Part shown: positions 1 to 8,223 of the stretch, one piece after another
Layout: every line of letters starts with the position of its first letter
Numbering within the stretch: position 1 is the stretch's first letter
Source: Pseudomonadota bacterium
Lineage (GTDB): Bacteria; Pseudomonadota; Alphaproteobacteria; JAKJEU01
DNA: 32,041 nt
NCBI GenBank assembly: GCA_022705265.1
Contig: JAKJEU010000002.1
Location: 1-32,041, forward strand
Direction of reading: 5' to 3'
The notes under the pieces: model-generated
What the model was told of the DNA's origin: nothing
The model's input: only the letters and a program-made list of their open reading frames with translations
Database searches by the model: none
Made by a program: the position numbers and the translations under genes

Positions 1-307
1 CTCTGGTCAAAGGAACTCTTTCCATGCTTCTTTCACTTGGGTCGCCAATACAAGCGGTAAAATCGCCAAATAATATGAAAATTTTATGCCCTAATTGCCT
101 GAATTGCTCCATCAACATAAAGTTTTGAGCATGACCTAAATGAAGCGAGGTATTGGTTGGGTCAAAACCAATGTAAAAATTTAATCTTTTGTTTAATAAT
201 TGTTCGATAAAGGCCTCTTTTGAAGGAAGCACGCTATCAATTAATCCCCTTGCAAAAATTTCGTTAATTTTTTGTAATTTTTCTTCTTTTGTAAGATTAT
301 TTGTCAT
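1..307 (-). CDS. tyrS: Tyrosyl-tRNA synthetase, N-terminal fragment (the gene runs off the left edge of the window)
   Basis: My own reverse-strand translation from ATG 307-305: MTNNLTKEEKLQKINEIFARGLIDSVLPSKEAFIEQLLNKRLNFYIGFDPTNTSLHLGHAQNFMLMEQFRQLGHKIFILFGDFTACIGDPSERSMERVPLT. It has the class I HIGH motif (HLGH) in the GFDPT..SLHLGH context and the IGDPS motif typical of TyrS. An AAGGA Shine-Dalgarno lies about 9 nt upstream. It is absent from the ORF track because it is truncated. Confidence 0.85.
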   Translation of the reverse strand, partial: MTNNLTKEEKLQKINEIFARGLIDSVLPSKEAFIEQLLNKRLNFYIGFDPTNTSLHLGHAQNFMLMEQFRQLGHKIFILFGDFTACIGDPSERSMERVPLTR

Positions 308-340
308 CTTTATAAATTCCTTTTTATTCGTTAAAAATTT

Positions 341-383
341 AAAAAGGGTTTCGCTTTTTTAATCCCTTAAAGTGCGAAACCCT
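341..383 (-). terminator. Intrinsic-terminator-like hairpin in the tyrS 5' leader, also downstream of the GNAT gene
   Basis: Minus strand: AGGGTTTCGC (383-374), a 19-nt loop, then GCGAAACCCT (354-345). This is a perfect 10-bp stem followed by a T run (TTTT then AAATTTTT). It ends about 35 nt before the tyrS ATG. Confidence 0.6.
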
Positions 384-499
384 CCAACATTTTCAATCGA
401 ATGACGGACACTTTAAGGGAAAATATAGTAGTAGTATGCAAAAAGTTTATTTTGCACATTCGCTACATTTTCCAAAAAAGCACCATTCAAAGAATTCAT
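341..499 (-). promoter_or_regulatory. Candidate leader-peptide transcription attenuator for tyrS: 28-codon Tyr-rich leader ORF, 12-bp alternative helix and terminator
   Basis: Leader ORF ATG 499-497 to TAA 415-413 encodes MNSLNGAFLENVANVQNKLFAYYYYIFP, with TAC TAC TAC TAT at 436-425. A 12-bp perfect helix pairs 420-409 (TCCCTTAAAGTG, containing the leader stop codon) with 374-363, which is the loop plus first base of the terminator hairpin. A small hairpin, TGCAAAA/TTTTGCA (456-437), sits just before the Tyr codons. Confidence 0.4.
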
Positions 500-571
500 A
501 AAATCATTCATCCATAAAAATTTATCTCTTACATATAATGCTATCACTTATATTTTTTTAAGCAAGATGAA

Positions 572-1105
572 TTATAATAATTTAGCAATAATGTAATCAT
601 CGTACCATTTATCATTAATTAAGGCTCTTTTTTTCCTTAAACCTTCAATCACAAATCCGCATTTAATATATAAAGATATTGCTTTGGTATTTGTGGCACG
701 AACTGAACCTTCTATTCTTACCATGTCTTTTAATCTTGCCCAATCTTCCAATTTTTTCATGATAATTGAGCCCAGCCCTAAGCCTTGGACCTCTGTTAAA
801 AAGCCAATCCCAAATTCAGCCGTTTTACATAACCATGGATGGTCTGGTTTTAATATTTGAATGCTTGCCGAACCAACGACTTTGTCTTGATAAAAAGTTC
901 CAATAAACAAGCTATGCTCGCTTTCGTACTTTTTTACCATATCCGCTCTATCCCTTTTTGGTTGCCCTGGATATTGGTTGGTAAAAATATTTTCACACGA
1001 AAATTTATCAAGATATTCTTGAACCATATCAAAATCTTCGGCTTTAAGATTTCTTATTAAAACTTGCCTGCCACATTTAAGTTTTATATTTTCGTTTATT
1101 ATCAT
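572..1105 (-). CDS. GNAT-family N-acetyltransferase (RimJ/RimL-like)
   Basis: 177-aa ORF. It has an acetyl-CoA binding motif A-like segment, VQGLGLGSIIMKKLEDWA, and the overall GNAT layout (LIRNLKAEDFD ... AISLYIKCGF). Confidence 0.75.
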   Translation of the reverse strand: MIINENIKLKCGRQVLIRNLKAEDFDMVQEYLDKFSCENIFTNQYPGQPKRDRADMVKKYESEHSLFIGTFYQDKVVGSASIQILKPDHPWLCKTAEFGIGFLTEVQGLGLGSIIMKKLEDWARLKDMVRIEGSVRATNTKAISLYIKCGFVIEGLRKKRALINDKWYDDYIIAKLL

Positions 1106-1113
1106 TATCTCAC

Positions 1114-1452
1114 CTATAACTTCTCCGAACTTAATTTTATGAATGGAAGATATTTAGTAATCGTTTCAAGCTGGGCATTGGTATATTTTTTTCGTTCTGT
1201 CCTCGCTTCGTTTTTGCAAATAAATCTTGATACTTTTATATGTTCTTTTTCAGCTTCGATATCTTTCATTCCTGTGTATTCATTATTATAAAAATAATCT
1301 ATTGCAACGCTGTGTTCCCCCATATCGCAAAGAATTATATCTCCATTCGACAAAACCCAACAATCACAACCTTCTTTTATTGTTCCTAAAAGCTCTTTTG
1401 TTGGTTTTACTTCTTTTATTCTATCTTTTTTTGTGTACGATAATATTTTCAA
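1114..1452 (-). CDS. Hypothetical protein (112 aa, lysine- and glutamate-rich, no recognisable domain)
   Basis: Clean ORF packed between eptA (19-nt gap) and the GNAT gene (8-nt gap) on the same strand. I recognise no motif in it. Confidence 0.5.
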   Translation of the reverse strand: MKILSYTKKDRIKEVKPTKELLGTIKEGCDCWVLSNGDIILCDMGEHSVAIDYFYNNEYTGMKDIEAEKEHIKVSRFICKNEARTERKKYTNAQLETITKYLPFIKLSSEKL

Positions 1453-1471
1453 AATTCACCTAAAAAAATAA

Positions 1472-3091
1472 TTACTTGGTTAAACACCCTTTAAACATAT
1501 TGAAATCCTCGTTATATATTTTGGTATCTATTTCCATAAGCCATAACAAAGAATGAAACAAGTTATCATGAGAAAATTGTCCTTTTGATGCCTTATCCTT
1601 TAAACATTCATAATTTATAAAATCGTATTTTTTCATATTATCAGACATCCATATCATCATAGGAACACTTGTTTGAGATTTAGGAGCAATTGAATAAGGC
1701 ATACCGTGCAAATATATTCCATTCTCACCCAAAGACTCTCCATGGTCAGAAACATAAATAAGACCTATTTCTAAATTATTAAACTTTTTCAATATATCTA
1801 TTGCCGAGGATACTATAAAATCCGTGTATAAAATAGTGTTATCATAAGTATTTACTATTTCTTCTTTGCTACAATTTTGAATATCAGAAGTATCACAAGA
1901 AGGAACAAATTTCTTAAATTCATCAGGATAACGATTATGATAACTTGGGCCATGACTTCCCATAGTATGAAGAACAATTACAGTATCATTTTTAATGTTT
2001 TTTATTACATCTTCTAAACCATCAAGTAAGACTTCATCCTTGCAATATGACGAAGTGCAATATTTTGGATTTCCTATTTTTACCATTTCTTCGGTTTTTA
2101 CTCTGTCACAAACACCTTTGCAACCATCATCATTTTCACGCCACAAAATGTCATATCCACTTTTCTTCATCAAATCCAAAAGATTTTCCGTATATTTGGC
2201 ATCATTAGAATCAAAATTATTTTTATTAAGATAAGAAAACATACATGGCACAGAAATAGCAGTAGCAGTACCACATGAGGAAGTATTTTTAAAAAACGCT
2301 ATGTTTTGTTTAGATAAAAGAGGATTCGTTTCTTTTTCATATCCATTAAGTGAAAAATTATCAACTCTTGCAGTTTCACCCAAAACGAATACAAAAACCG
2401 TATATACATCATCTGGATTAGGGACAAGTTTTGCTTTATCATCAAGAATTGTAAAAGCCCTTTTTTCTAAGCGAATTTTTTTATAATATTTAACCGTTCC
2501 ATGAATGTAATTAAAAACATTAATAAGCTTTTTAATTTGCTTATTGTTTCGACCAAAAGAGGCATAATCTTTATAAACAAGTGGAGCAAAAATAAAAAGA
2601 GAAAATAAAAGTATAAAAGTTGACACAATTCTGAAACTTAATTCAGACTTAAATTTTTTAAACTCTATATCAAAATAAAAAATGATAAATAATGGTAAAG
2701 CAACACTAAATAAAACAAATAAAAATAAATTCATGCTTAGCAAATCTGATGCTTCTCTTATATTTGTTTCAAACACATTTTGTATCATCGAATCATCAAT
2801 ATAAACCCCAAGTTTATACATCATGTAATTTGTAATTCCCGACAAAATTACAAACAAACTTAAAACAGGTTTATATATTTTTGGAATAATAATTAATGAA
2901 AAAAACAACCATAAAGGAACAAAAATAAAAAGAGGAAGAGATAACGCAAATAAAAAATCGTAAAAATTTGAAACTTCGACTTTTTCGGTTATGAAACGCC
3001 AAAAAGAAAGATTGAAAACAGACCCAAAATAAAAAGCCATAAAAGCAATCATGCTTGAACTTTTTATTAATTTTGATTTCTTTAAAAACAC
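1472..3091 (-). CDS. eptA: Phosphoethanolamine transferase (EptA/MCR-like lipid A PEtN transferase)
   Basis: 539 aa. The N-terminal region has about five hydrophobic helices, followed by a sulfatase-type periplasmic domain. Family-typical motifs: GETARVDNFSLNGY, SCGTATAISVPCMFS (nucleophile Thr context), HTMGSHGPSY and YVSDHGESLGENGIYLHG. Confidence 0.9.
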   Translation of the reverse strand: MFLKKSKLIKSSSMIAFMAFYFGSVFNLSFWRFITEKVEVSNFYDFLFALSLPLFIFVPLWLFFSLIIIPKIYKPVLSLFVILSGITNYMMYKLGVYIDDSMIQNVFETNIREASDLLSMNLFLFVLFSVALPLFIIFYFDIEFKKFKSELSFRIVSTFILLFSLFIFAPLVYKDYASFGRNNKQIKKLINVFNYIHGTVKYYKKIRLEKRAFTILDDKAKLVPNPDDVYTVFVFVLGETARVDNFSLNGYEKETNPLLSKQNIAFFKNTSSCGTATAISVPCMFSYLNKNNFDSNDAKYTENLLDLMKKSGYDILWRENDDGCKGVCDRVKTEEMVKIGNPKYCTSSYCKDEVLLDGLEDVIKNIKNDTVIVLHTMGSHGPSYHNRYPDEFKKFVPSCDTSDIQNCSKEEIVNTYDNTILYTDFIVSSAIDILKKFNNLEIGLIYVSDHGESLGENGIYLHGMPYSIAPKSQTSVPMMIWMSDNMKKYDFINYECLKDKASKGQFSHDNLFHSLLWLMEIDTKIYNEDFNMFKGCLTK

Positions 3092-3104
3092 TTTGAAATT
3101 ACCC

Positions 3105-3470
3105 CTATATAAAACTTAAAATCATAAAAAACCATACTCCTGCCCTAAAAACAAAAGAAAGCAAAACCAAAAGACTTCCTATATCCTTTGCTTTTTTGGA
3201 AAGCTCATGATATTCCTCAGAAATTCTATCAACCACAGTTTCAATCGCCGTATTTACAAGCTCCATAATAATTATTAATACCAAGGGAAAAATAAGAATT
3301 ATCTTTGAGATAACATCACAAGGTAAAAATAAAGCAATAACAAAGAATATCAAACAAAACAATAAATCTTGTCTGAACGCTTCTTCTGATTTGAAACTTG
3401 ATATAAAACCTGAATACGAATATTTAAACGCGTTAAAGATTCTTTTTATTCCTTTTTCTGTTGCTTTCAT
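3105..3470 (-). CDS. dgkA: Diacylglycerol kinase
   Basis: 121 aa with three TM segments. Conserved DgkA segments: AFRQDL and ELVNTAIETVVDRISEEYHELSKKAKDIGS. Confidence 0.9.
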   Translation of the reverse strand: MKATEKGIKRIFNAFKYSYSGFISSFKSEEAFRQDLLFCLIFFVIALFLPCDVISKIILIFPLVLIIIMELVNTAIETVVDRISEEYHELSKKAKDIGSLLVLLSFVFRAGVWFFMILSFI

Positions 3471-3473
3471 TTG

Positions 3474-4118
3474 CTAAACCCCTAAATATTTTTTGCCTTC
3501 AATTATTCGCTCAATCATAATTAATATTTTAAGCATATATTCGTTTTTATGGTCAACAAAATCTTTTAAACCGACCTCTTTTGTAAATGGCAACAAATTA
3601 TAATTTTCGTCAAATTCATAGCCGTTGATTGATACTGTTTCGACTTCTTTGCTAAAAAGTTTAAAAGCATCCTTTAAAGACAACTTAAAAATCCCTCCTA
3701 ACTCTTCTTTTTGGAGTTTAAAATCGCTCAAAAGTGTATTGTTTTTCAACAAATAAGTATAACAAAATTCACGATTTTTATATGACTTTATTTTGAAATC
3801 ATTAGAATCGCAAACTTCTAACTGAATCCCAATATATTTAAGGTCATCATAATCAACATTTATACCAAGTTCTTCTTGCAATTCTCTGATACCGTCTTTT
3901 TCGCTTTCACCGCTTGCAATATGACCAGCAGCAGAAATATCCAGCAAATTTGGGTGAGTCGATTTATCCTTTGACCTTAATTGAAAAATAACATTACCCT
4001 CATTATCGAAAATCCAACAATGAAAAGCCTTGTGCCATAAGCCCTGTTTATGAGCTTCATTTCTTTCACTAACCCCAACAAAGTTCATGTTTGCATCAAA
4101 AATATCCAAATTTTCCAT
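3474..4118 (-). CDS. NUDIX hydrolase (IDI-like subfamily)
   Basis: 214 aa. Nudix box GHIASGESEKDGIRELQEELGI (GX5EX7REUXEEXGU), preceded by GLWHKAFHCWIF. Confidence 0.8.
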   Translation of the reverse strand: MENLDIFDANMNFVGVSERNEAHKQGLWHKAFHCWIFDNEGNVIFQLRSKDKSTHPNLLDISAAGHIASGESEKDGIRELQEELGINVDYDDLKYIGIQLEVCDSNDFKIKSYKNREFCYTYLLKNNTLLSDFKLQKEELGGIFKLSLKDAFKLFSKEVETVSINGYEFDENYNLLPFTKEVGLKDFVDHKNEYMLKILIMIERIIEGKKYLGV

Positions 4119-4166
4119 TAATTTTCCCTCAATAATTGCTTAATGTTTTATTTACATTCTAACATT

Positions 4167-4199
4167 AAAAAAAAAGGCATTTAAACCGTAAAATGCCTT
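4167..4199 (-). terminator. Rho-independent terminator after the L,D-transpeptidase gene
   Basis: Minus strand: AAGGCATTT (4199-4191), an 8-nt loop, AAATGCCTT (4182-4174), then 7 T (4173-4167). The 5' arm overlaps the stop codon at 4198-4200. Confidence 0.8.
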
Positions 4200-4722
4200 A
4201 TTCTTTTATCTCTATTTTTATGCCGTCTTTGACATTTGCCCAAATTTCATCAATTTCTTCATTATCAAGAGCAATACAACCCAAAGTCCAGTCAAAATTT
4301 TTATGAACTCCTTTCATAAAAGCAAAAATCTTACCAAGCCCATGAATCATTATAAAACCACCTGGCGATACATTTTTTGACTTTGCAACTTCTTTATCTT
4401 GTTCATTCGGATAGCTGATATGAAGAGATTTGTAATAACGCCTTGAAAATTGGCGATAATCAATTTCATAAACACCTTCTGGAGTTTTACCGTCTCCTTC
4501 CCTTTGTTTATGACCTTTTGGATTGAAACCCAAGGCTATTTTATAGGTTTTTAATGCTTTATCATCTTTATCCACCAAACTTAATTGCCTTAATGACTTA
4601 TAAACAACGATTTTTTCAACATTGTCATAGATTTTTATGTCTGATTTTTTTAAAACAAGGTAAGAATTATATCCAATTATCAAAAATAGAATAAAGCATA
4701 AAACGATTAAGACATATTTCAT
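4198..4722 (-). CDS. L,D-transpeptidase family protein (YkuD domain, YafK-like)
   Basis: 174 aa with an N-terminal signal/anchor helix. The catalytic region IMIHGLGK...DWTLGCIALDNEEIDEIW carries the His...Gly-Cys motif. Confidence 0.85.
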   Translation of the reverse strand: MKYVLIVLCFILFLIIGYNSYLVLKKSDIKIYDNVEKIVVYKSLRQLSLVDKDDKALKTYKIALGFNPKGHKQREGDGKTPEGVYEIDYRQFSRRYYKSLHISYPNEQDKEVAKSKNVSPGGFIMIHGLGKIFAFMKGVHKNFDWTLGCIALDNEEIDEIWANVKDGIKIEIKE

Positions 4723-5109
4723 TTAAACAAGCCTTATCAAATCTTGTTTAATTTCCTCTAACTCTTGAATCAATGCTTCGACATCAAAACTTGGAACAGC
4801 AACGACAACCTCTTTGACATTTTCGTTAACGACATCAAGGCTTGGTAATTCTTGTTTTAAAATTTCTTTGAAATGACCGCTATCAATTGCTTTTTGAACA
4901 CTTTTAATGGAATAGCTGTGATTATAAAGCAAGTCCTTAATCTTTTTTAAAATAAAGATATCCTCGCTACTATAAAATCTTCTTCCTCCGGCTCTTTTTA
5001 TCGGAGTTATAATAGAAAACTTAGTCTCCCAAAACCTTATGACATGAGTTGGGATTTTTAACTCGTCTGCAACTTCTGATATAGGTTTATAAAGCCTTTC
5101 ATCAGCCAT
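4723..5109 (-). CDS. MerR-family transcriptional regulator
   Basis: 128 aa. MerR wHTH: ISEVADELKIPTHVIRFWETKFSIITPIKRAGGRRFYSSEDI. It sits directly downstream of ihfA with an 8-nt overlap. Confidence 0.85.
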   Translation of the reverse strand: MADERLYKPISEVADELKIPTHVIRFWETKFSIITPIKRAGGRRFYSSEDIFILKKIKDLLYNHSYSIKSVQKAIDSGHFKEILKQELPSLDVVNENVKEVVVAVPSFDVEALIQELEEIKQDLIRLV

Positions 5110-5392
5110 TTTTCTCTATCTCGTCCTTAAGGTTTTTTGAAAATTTGAACGAAATTACTTTTCTTGGAGTTATAGTATGCTCTTCATTAGTCTTAGGATT
5201 ACGACCAACTCTTGTTTTCTTGTGCTTTACATAAAAATTGCAAAAAGAAACAATTTTAACCGCCTCTTCCTTTTTCAAAGCATCCGTCATAATATCAAAA
5301 ATTTGTTCCAACATTTTCGAAGAATCGGTTTTTGACAAACCAATTTTTTCGTATATAGCATTACTTATATCAGCTCTTGTAAGATTTTTCAT
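5102..5392 (-). CDS. ihfA: Integration host factor subunit alpha
   Basis: 96 aa of the HU/IHF fold. The N-terminus LTRADISNAIYEKIGLSKTDSSKMLEQIFDIM and the DNA-binding arm RVGRNPKTNEEHTITPRKVISFK match the family. Confidence 0.9.
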   Translation of the reverse strand: MKNLTRADISNAIYEKIGLSKTDSSKMLEQIFDIMTDALKKEEAVKIVSFCNFYVKHKKTRVGRNPKTNEEHTITPRKVISFKFSKNLKDEIEKNG

Positions 5393-5402
5393 AACACTTT
5401 AT

Positions 5403-6359
5403 CTACCACTTAATTAAAGAAGCACCCCAAGTGAAACCACCGCCCATAGCAGTAAGAATCACATAATCATTCTTTTTAATCTTGCCAGACTTTACCCCGC
5501 TTGTCAAAGCCAAAGGAATAGAAGCAGCAGAAGTATTAGCATGACCATCAACTGTAACAATTACTTTTTCATCTTCTAAGCCGAGTTTTTTTGCAACACC
5601 TGAAATAATTCTCATATTTGCTTGGTGAGGAACAATCCAATTAATATCATCAGAGGTAACCTTGTGATTTTCCAAGATTTCATTAACCGCAGAAGACATG
5701 TTAGTAACAGCGTGTTTAAAAACTTCTTTACCGTTCATTTTAACGAAACCAGAACTTCTTGTAGTTGAAACTCCGCCATCAACATACAAAGCATCGTAAA
5801 AACGACCATCACTTTTTAAAACGGTTTGGACAATGTGAGAATCCTCATTTTCCGTAGCTCTTAAAACCACAGCACCAGCACCATCACCAAATAATACATA
5901 AGTATTTCTGTCGGTATTATCCAAAAGCCTTGTAAAAGTTTCAGCACCAATAACCAAAGCCACCTTTGCTTGACCATTTCTTATCGCATTATCAGCACAA
6001 GAAAGACCATATAAAAAGCCCGAACAAACCGCTTGAACATCAAAAGCAAAGCCTTGATGAATTCCAAGCATTCCTTGAACCTTAGTCGCAGTTGAGGGAA
6101 AAACATTATCAGGAGTCGTAGTAGCAAGCACCACCATATCAATTTCGTCGACATTAACGCCCGCGTCTTTAATCGCTTCCATAGCTGCATTATAAGCAAG
6201 AGTCGAGGTCAATTCATTATCAGCCGCAAAATGTCTTTGCTTTATGCCAGTTCTTTCAACAATCCATTCATCAGAGGTTTCAACTTCTTTTTCCAAGTCA
6301 AAATTAGTAACAATTCTTTCTGGTAAATAACTTCCAACTCCGATGATTTCTGAAAACAT
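5403..6359 (-). CDS. fabH: Beta-ketoacyl-ACP synthase III
   Basis: 318 aa. Active-site Cys context DVQAVCSGFLYGL, plus WIVPHQANMRI and the C-terminal GGGFTWGA. Confidence 0.95.
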   Translation of the reverse strand: MFSEIIGVGSYLPERIVTNFDLEKEVETSDEWIVERTGIKQRHFAADNELTSTLAYNAAMEAIKDAGVNVDEIDMVVLATTTPDNVFPSTATKVQGMLGIHQGFAFDVQAVCSGFLYGLSCADNAIRNGQAKVALVIGAETFTRLLDNTDRNTYVLFGDGAGAVVLRATENEDSHIVQTVLKSDGRFYDALYVDGGVSTTRSSGFVKMNGKEVFKHAVTNMSSAVNEILENHKVTSDDINWIVPHQANMRIISGVAKKLGLEDEKVIVTVDGHANTSAASIPLALTSGVKSGKIKKNDYVILTAMGGGFTWGASLIKW

Positions 6360-7408
6360 TATAATAACTCCGACAAAATATGATAATTTTCAACACTTTC
6401 TTTAATTTTTCGCTTAATGTCATGCTTTACAAGGTTGTTTGCAGCCTCAATGGCTTTTGAAAAAGCAAAACCATCAGCGTTTCCATGACTTTTAATCGAA
6501 ATTCCGTCAAGCCCAATAAACATAGCACCATTATGAATTCTTGGATCGTATTTTTTCTTAAATTCCTTTAACATAGGAAGAAGAAATAAAAAACCAATCT
6601 TTGCAAGCCAAGATTTTTTGAAACCATCTTTAATCGAGCCTGCAATCATCTTAGCAGTACCTTCCATAGTTTTCAAAGCAATATTTCCAGAAAATCCATC
6701 AGTAACCACGACATCAACGACGCCTTGGCCGATTTCATTACCTTCGATAAAGCCATGAAAATTAATTTCTTCTGGATTCCCCTTTAAAATTCTTGCCGCT
6801 TCTTTTACTTCATCTCGTCCTTTAATATCCTCAGAACCGATGTTAAGAAGCCCAACCGTAGGATTTTCAACCCTAAGCATTGCTTGGCAATAAATTTTGC
6901 CCATCACAGCAAACCTTGCCAAATCCGCAGCATCGCTTTCGATATTTGCACCCAAATCAAGCATAACGAATCTTCCGTTTCTTGATGGCACAACCGATAC
7001 GATTGCTGGTCTTGAAATGCCTGACAACATTCTTAAACTTAACTTTGACATAGCCATCAAAGCACCCGTATTGCCAGCAGAAACACAAGCATCAGCAACA
7101 CCTTGCTTAACCGAGTTTATTGCAAGCCCCATGGAACTTTTACGACCACTTCTTACAGCAACAGAAGGCTTTTCATCAGATTTAACATAAGAATCTGTAT
7201 GAATTATTTCTTTGACCGATTTTTTTGCATATGGATATTTCTCAAGCAAAGGTAAAATAAGGCTTTCATCACCGAAAACCTTAAAACTTACATCTTTGTG
7301 AGATTTAGCAAAAATATCAATCCCCTCAATCGTGCAATCGGGAGCATAATCGCCCCCCATCGCATCAATCGAAATAACAATTGCTTTTTTACTATCGCCT
7401 GTTATCAA
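6359..7408 (-). CDS. plsX: Phosphate acyltransferase PlsX
   Basis: 349 aa with IDAMGGDYAP near the N-terminus and GNTGALMA. TTG start at 7408, abutting the rpmF stop codon. Confidence 0.95.
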   Translation of the reverse strand: MITGDSKKAIVISIDAMGGDYAPDCTIEGIDIFAKSHKDVSFKVFGDESLILPLLEKYPYAKKSVKEIIHTDSYVKSDEKPSVAVRSGRKSSMGLAINSVKQGVADACVSAGNTGALMAMSKLSLRMLSGISRPAIVSVVPSRNGRFVMLDLGANIESDAADLARFAVMGKIYCQAMLRVENPTVGLLNIGSEDIKGRDEVKEAARILKGNPEEINFHGFIEGNEIGQGVVDVVVTDGFSGNIALKTMEGTAKMIAGSIKDGFKKSWLAKIGFLFLLPMLKEFKKKYDPRIHNGAMFIGLDGISIKSHGNADGFAFSKAIEAANNLVKHDIKRKIKESVENYHILSELL

Positions 7409-7597
7409 CTATTCTTCTTCTGTCTTTTTTGTTAAAACAGATTTTTGATTGTAATAACCACAGCTTTCGCAAACATGGTGAGGTCTTTTGATTTCACCGC
7501 AATTTGGGCATTCACTTACCATTGTTGCGCTTAAAGCGTGATGTGATCTTCTCATATTTCTGACCGATTTAGAGGTCTTTCTCTTTGGCACTGCCAT
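7409..7597 (-). CDS. rpmF: 50S ribosomal protein L32 (zinc-ribbon form)
   Basis: The 62-aa protein begins [19 protein letters not shown] and carries CPNCG...CESCG. Confidence 0.95.
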   Translation of the reverse strand: MAVPKRKTSKSVRNMRRSHHALSATMVSECPNCGEIKRPHHVCESCGYYNQKSVLTKKTEEE

Positions 7598-7678
7598 TTT
7601 CTTAATTCCCTAAAAAATAAAAATTAAAATTAATAAGTTACATATATATATAAAAATATTCAAATAAGCAAGAATATT

Positions 7679-8176
7679 TTATTTTTTTAAATTTTTTAAG
7701 ACGCTAAAAGGATTGCTTTCTTGAATTTCTTCGTCCTTAAATTCAAATGAAACCCCTTCCTTCCTTGGAAAATCAGGTATAAGAAGAGATAATTGTTCTG
7801 CTACTACCTCTGCTATATCGACCATTCCGTCTTTTACTTCTGTGACTATATCATCATCCATATCAAAGTCAAGATTGTCTTCATTTAACTTTTTTGTTGT
7901 AAAAATTTCGGAAAATTTGCCCTTGATAACCTTATCAAAATTTTCCAAAGTTATGCCACATGTCAGAGTCACTTTTGCTTCAACTTCCCCCATCAAAGTA
8001 AAATCATGTTTGTTTTCAGGCATCATTTCAAGATTAGCCCTTAAATATTCAATCTTAGGCAACTTAAACCTTATCGCAAGGCTTTCCAGCTGTTTTTTAC
8101 TAGCATTAAGTTTATATTCGCAACCTTGTGGCTTTACTTGCCTTAAATCAATTACATGAGTAAATTCGTTTTTCAT
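7679..8176 (-). CDS. yceD: YceD/DUF177 family protein
   Basis: 165-aa acidic protein at the conserved position upstream of rpmF-plsX. The C-terminal PFSVLKNLK motif is typical of the family. Confidence 0.75.
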   Translation of the reverse strand: MKNEFTHVIDLRQVKPQGCEYKLNASKKQLESLAIRFKLPKIEYLRANLEMMPENKHDFTLMGEVEAKVTLTCGITLENFDKVIKGKFSEIFTTKKLNEDNLDFDMDDDIVTEVKDGMVDIAEVVAEQLSLLIPDFPRKEGVSFEFKDEEIQESNPFSVLKNLKK

Positions 8177-8223
8177 AAATTTTTACCTTTAAAGTTTTTT
8201 AGCTTTGATATAATATAATCATC

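Noticed and set aside
341-571. T-box riboswitch upstream of tyrS
   Set aside because: A terminator and an alternative helix precede an aaRS gene, but I cannot find the conserved T-box sequence (AAnnnGGGUGGnACCGCG-like) or a convincing Stem I with specifier loop. The only UGG-containing stretch (UUGGAGGG, about 390-383) does not fit. The in-frame Tyr codon run inside a short ORF fits leader-peptide attenuation better.
572-1452. GNAT toxin / antitoxin module (TacT/AtaT-like) formed by the GNAT gene and the upstream 112-aa ORF
   Set aside because: The 112-aa protein shows no RHH or DUF1778-like features, and the GNAT protein looks RimJ/RimL-like rather than TacT/AtaT-like. Both appear embedded in a longer operon with eptA-dgkA.
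7641-7651. (TA)n microsatellite between yceD and rpmF
   Set aside because: It has only about five repeats. On the minus strand it coincides with a plausible -10 element (TTGCTT 7671-7666, 17-nt spacer, TATATA 7648-7643) for an rpmF-plsX internal promoter, so it is more likely promoter sequence than a contingency repeat.
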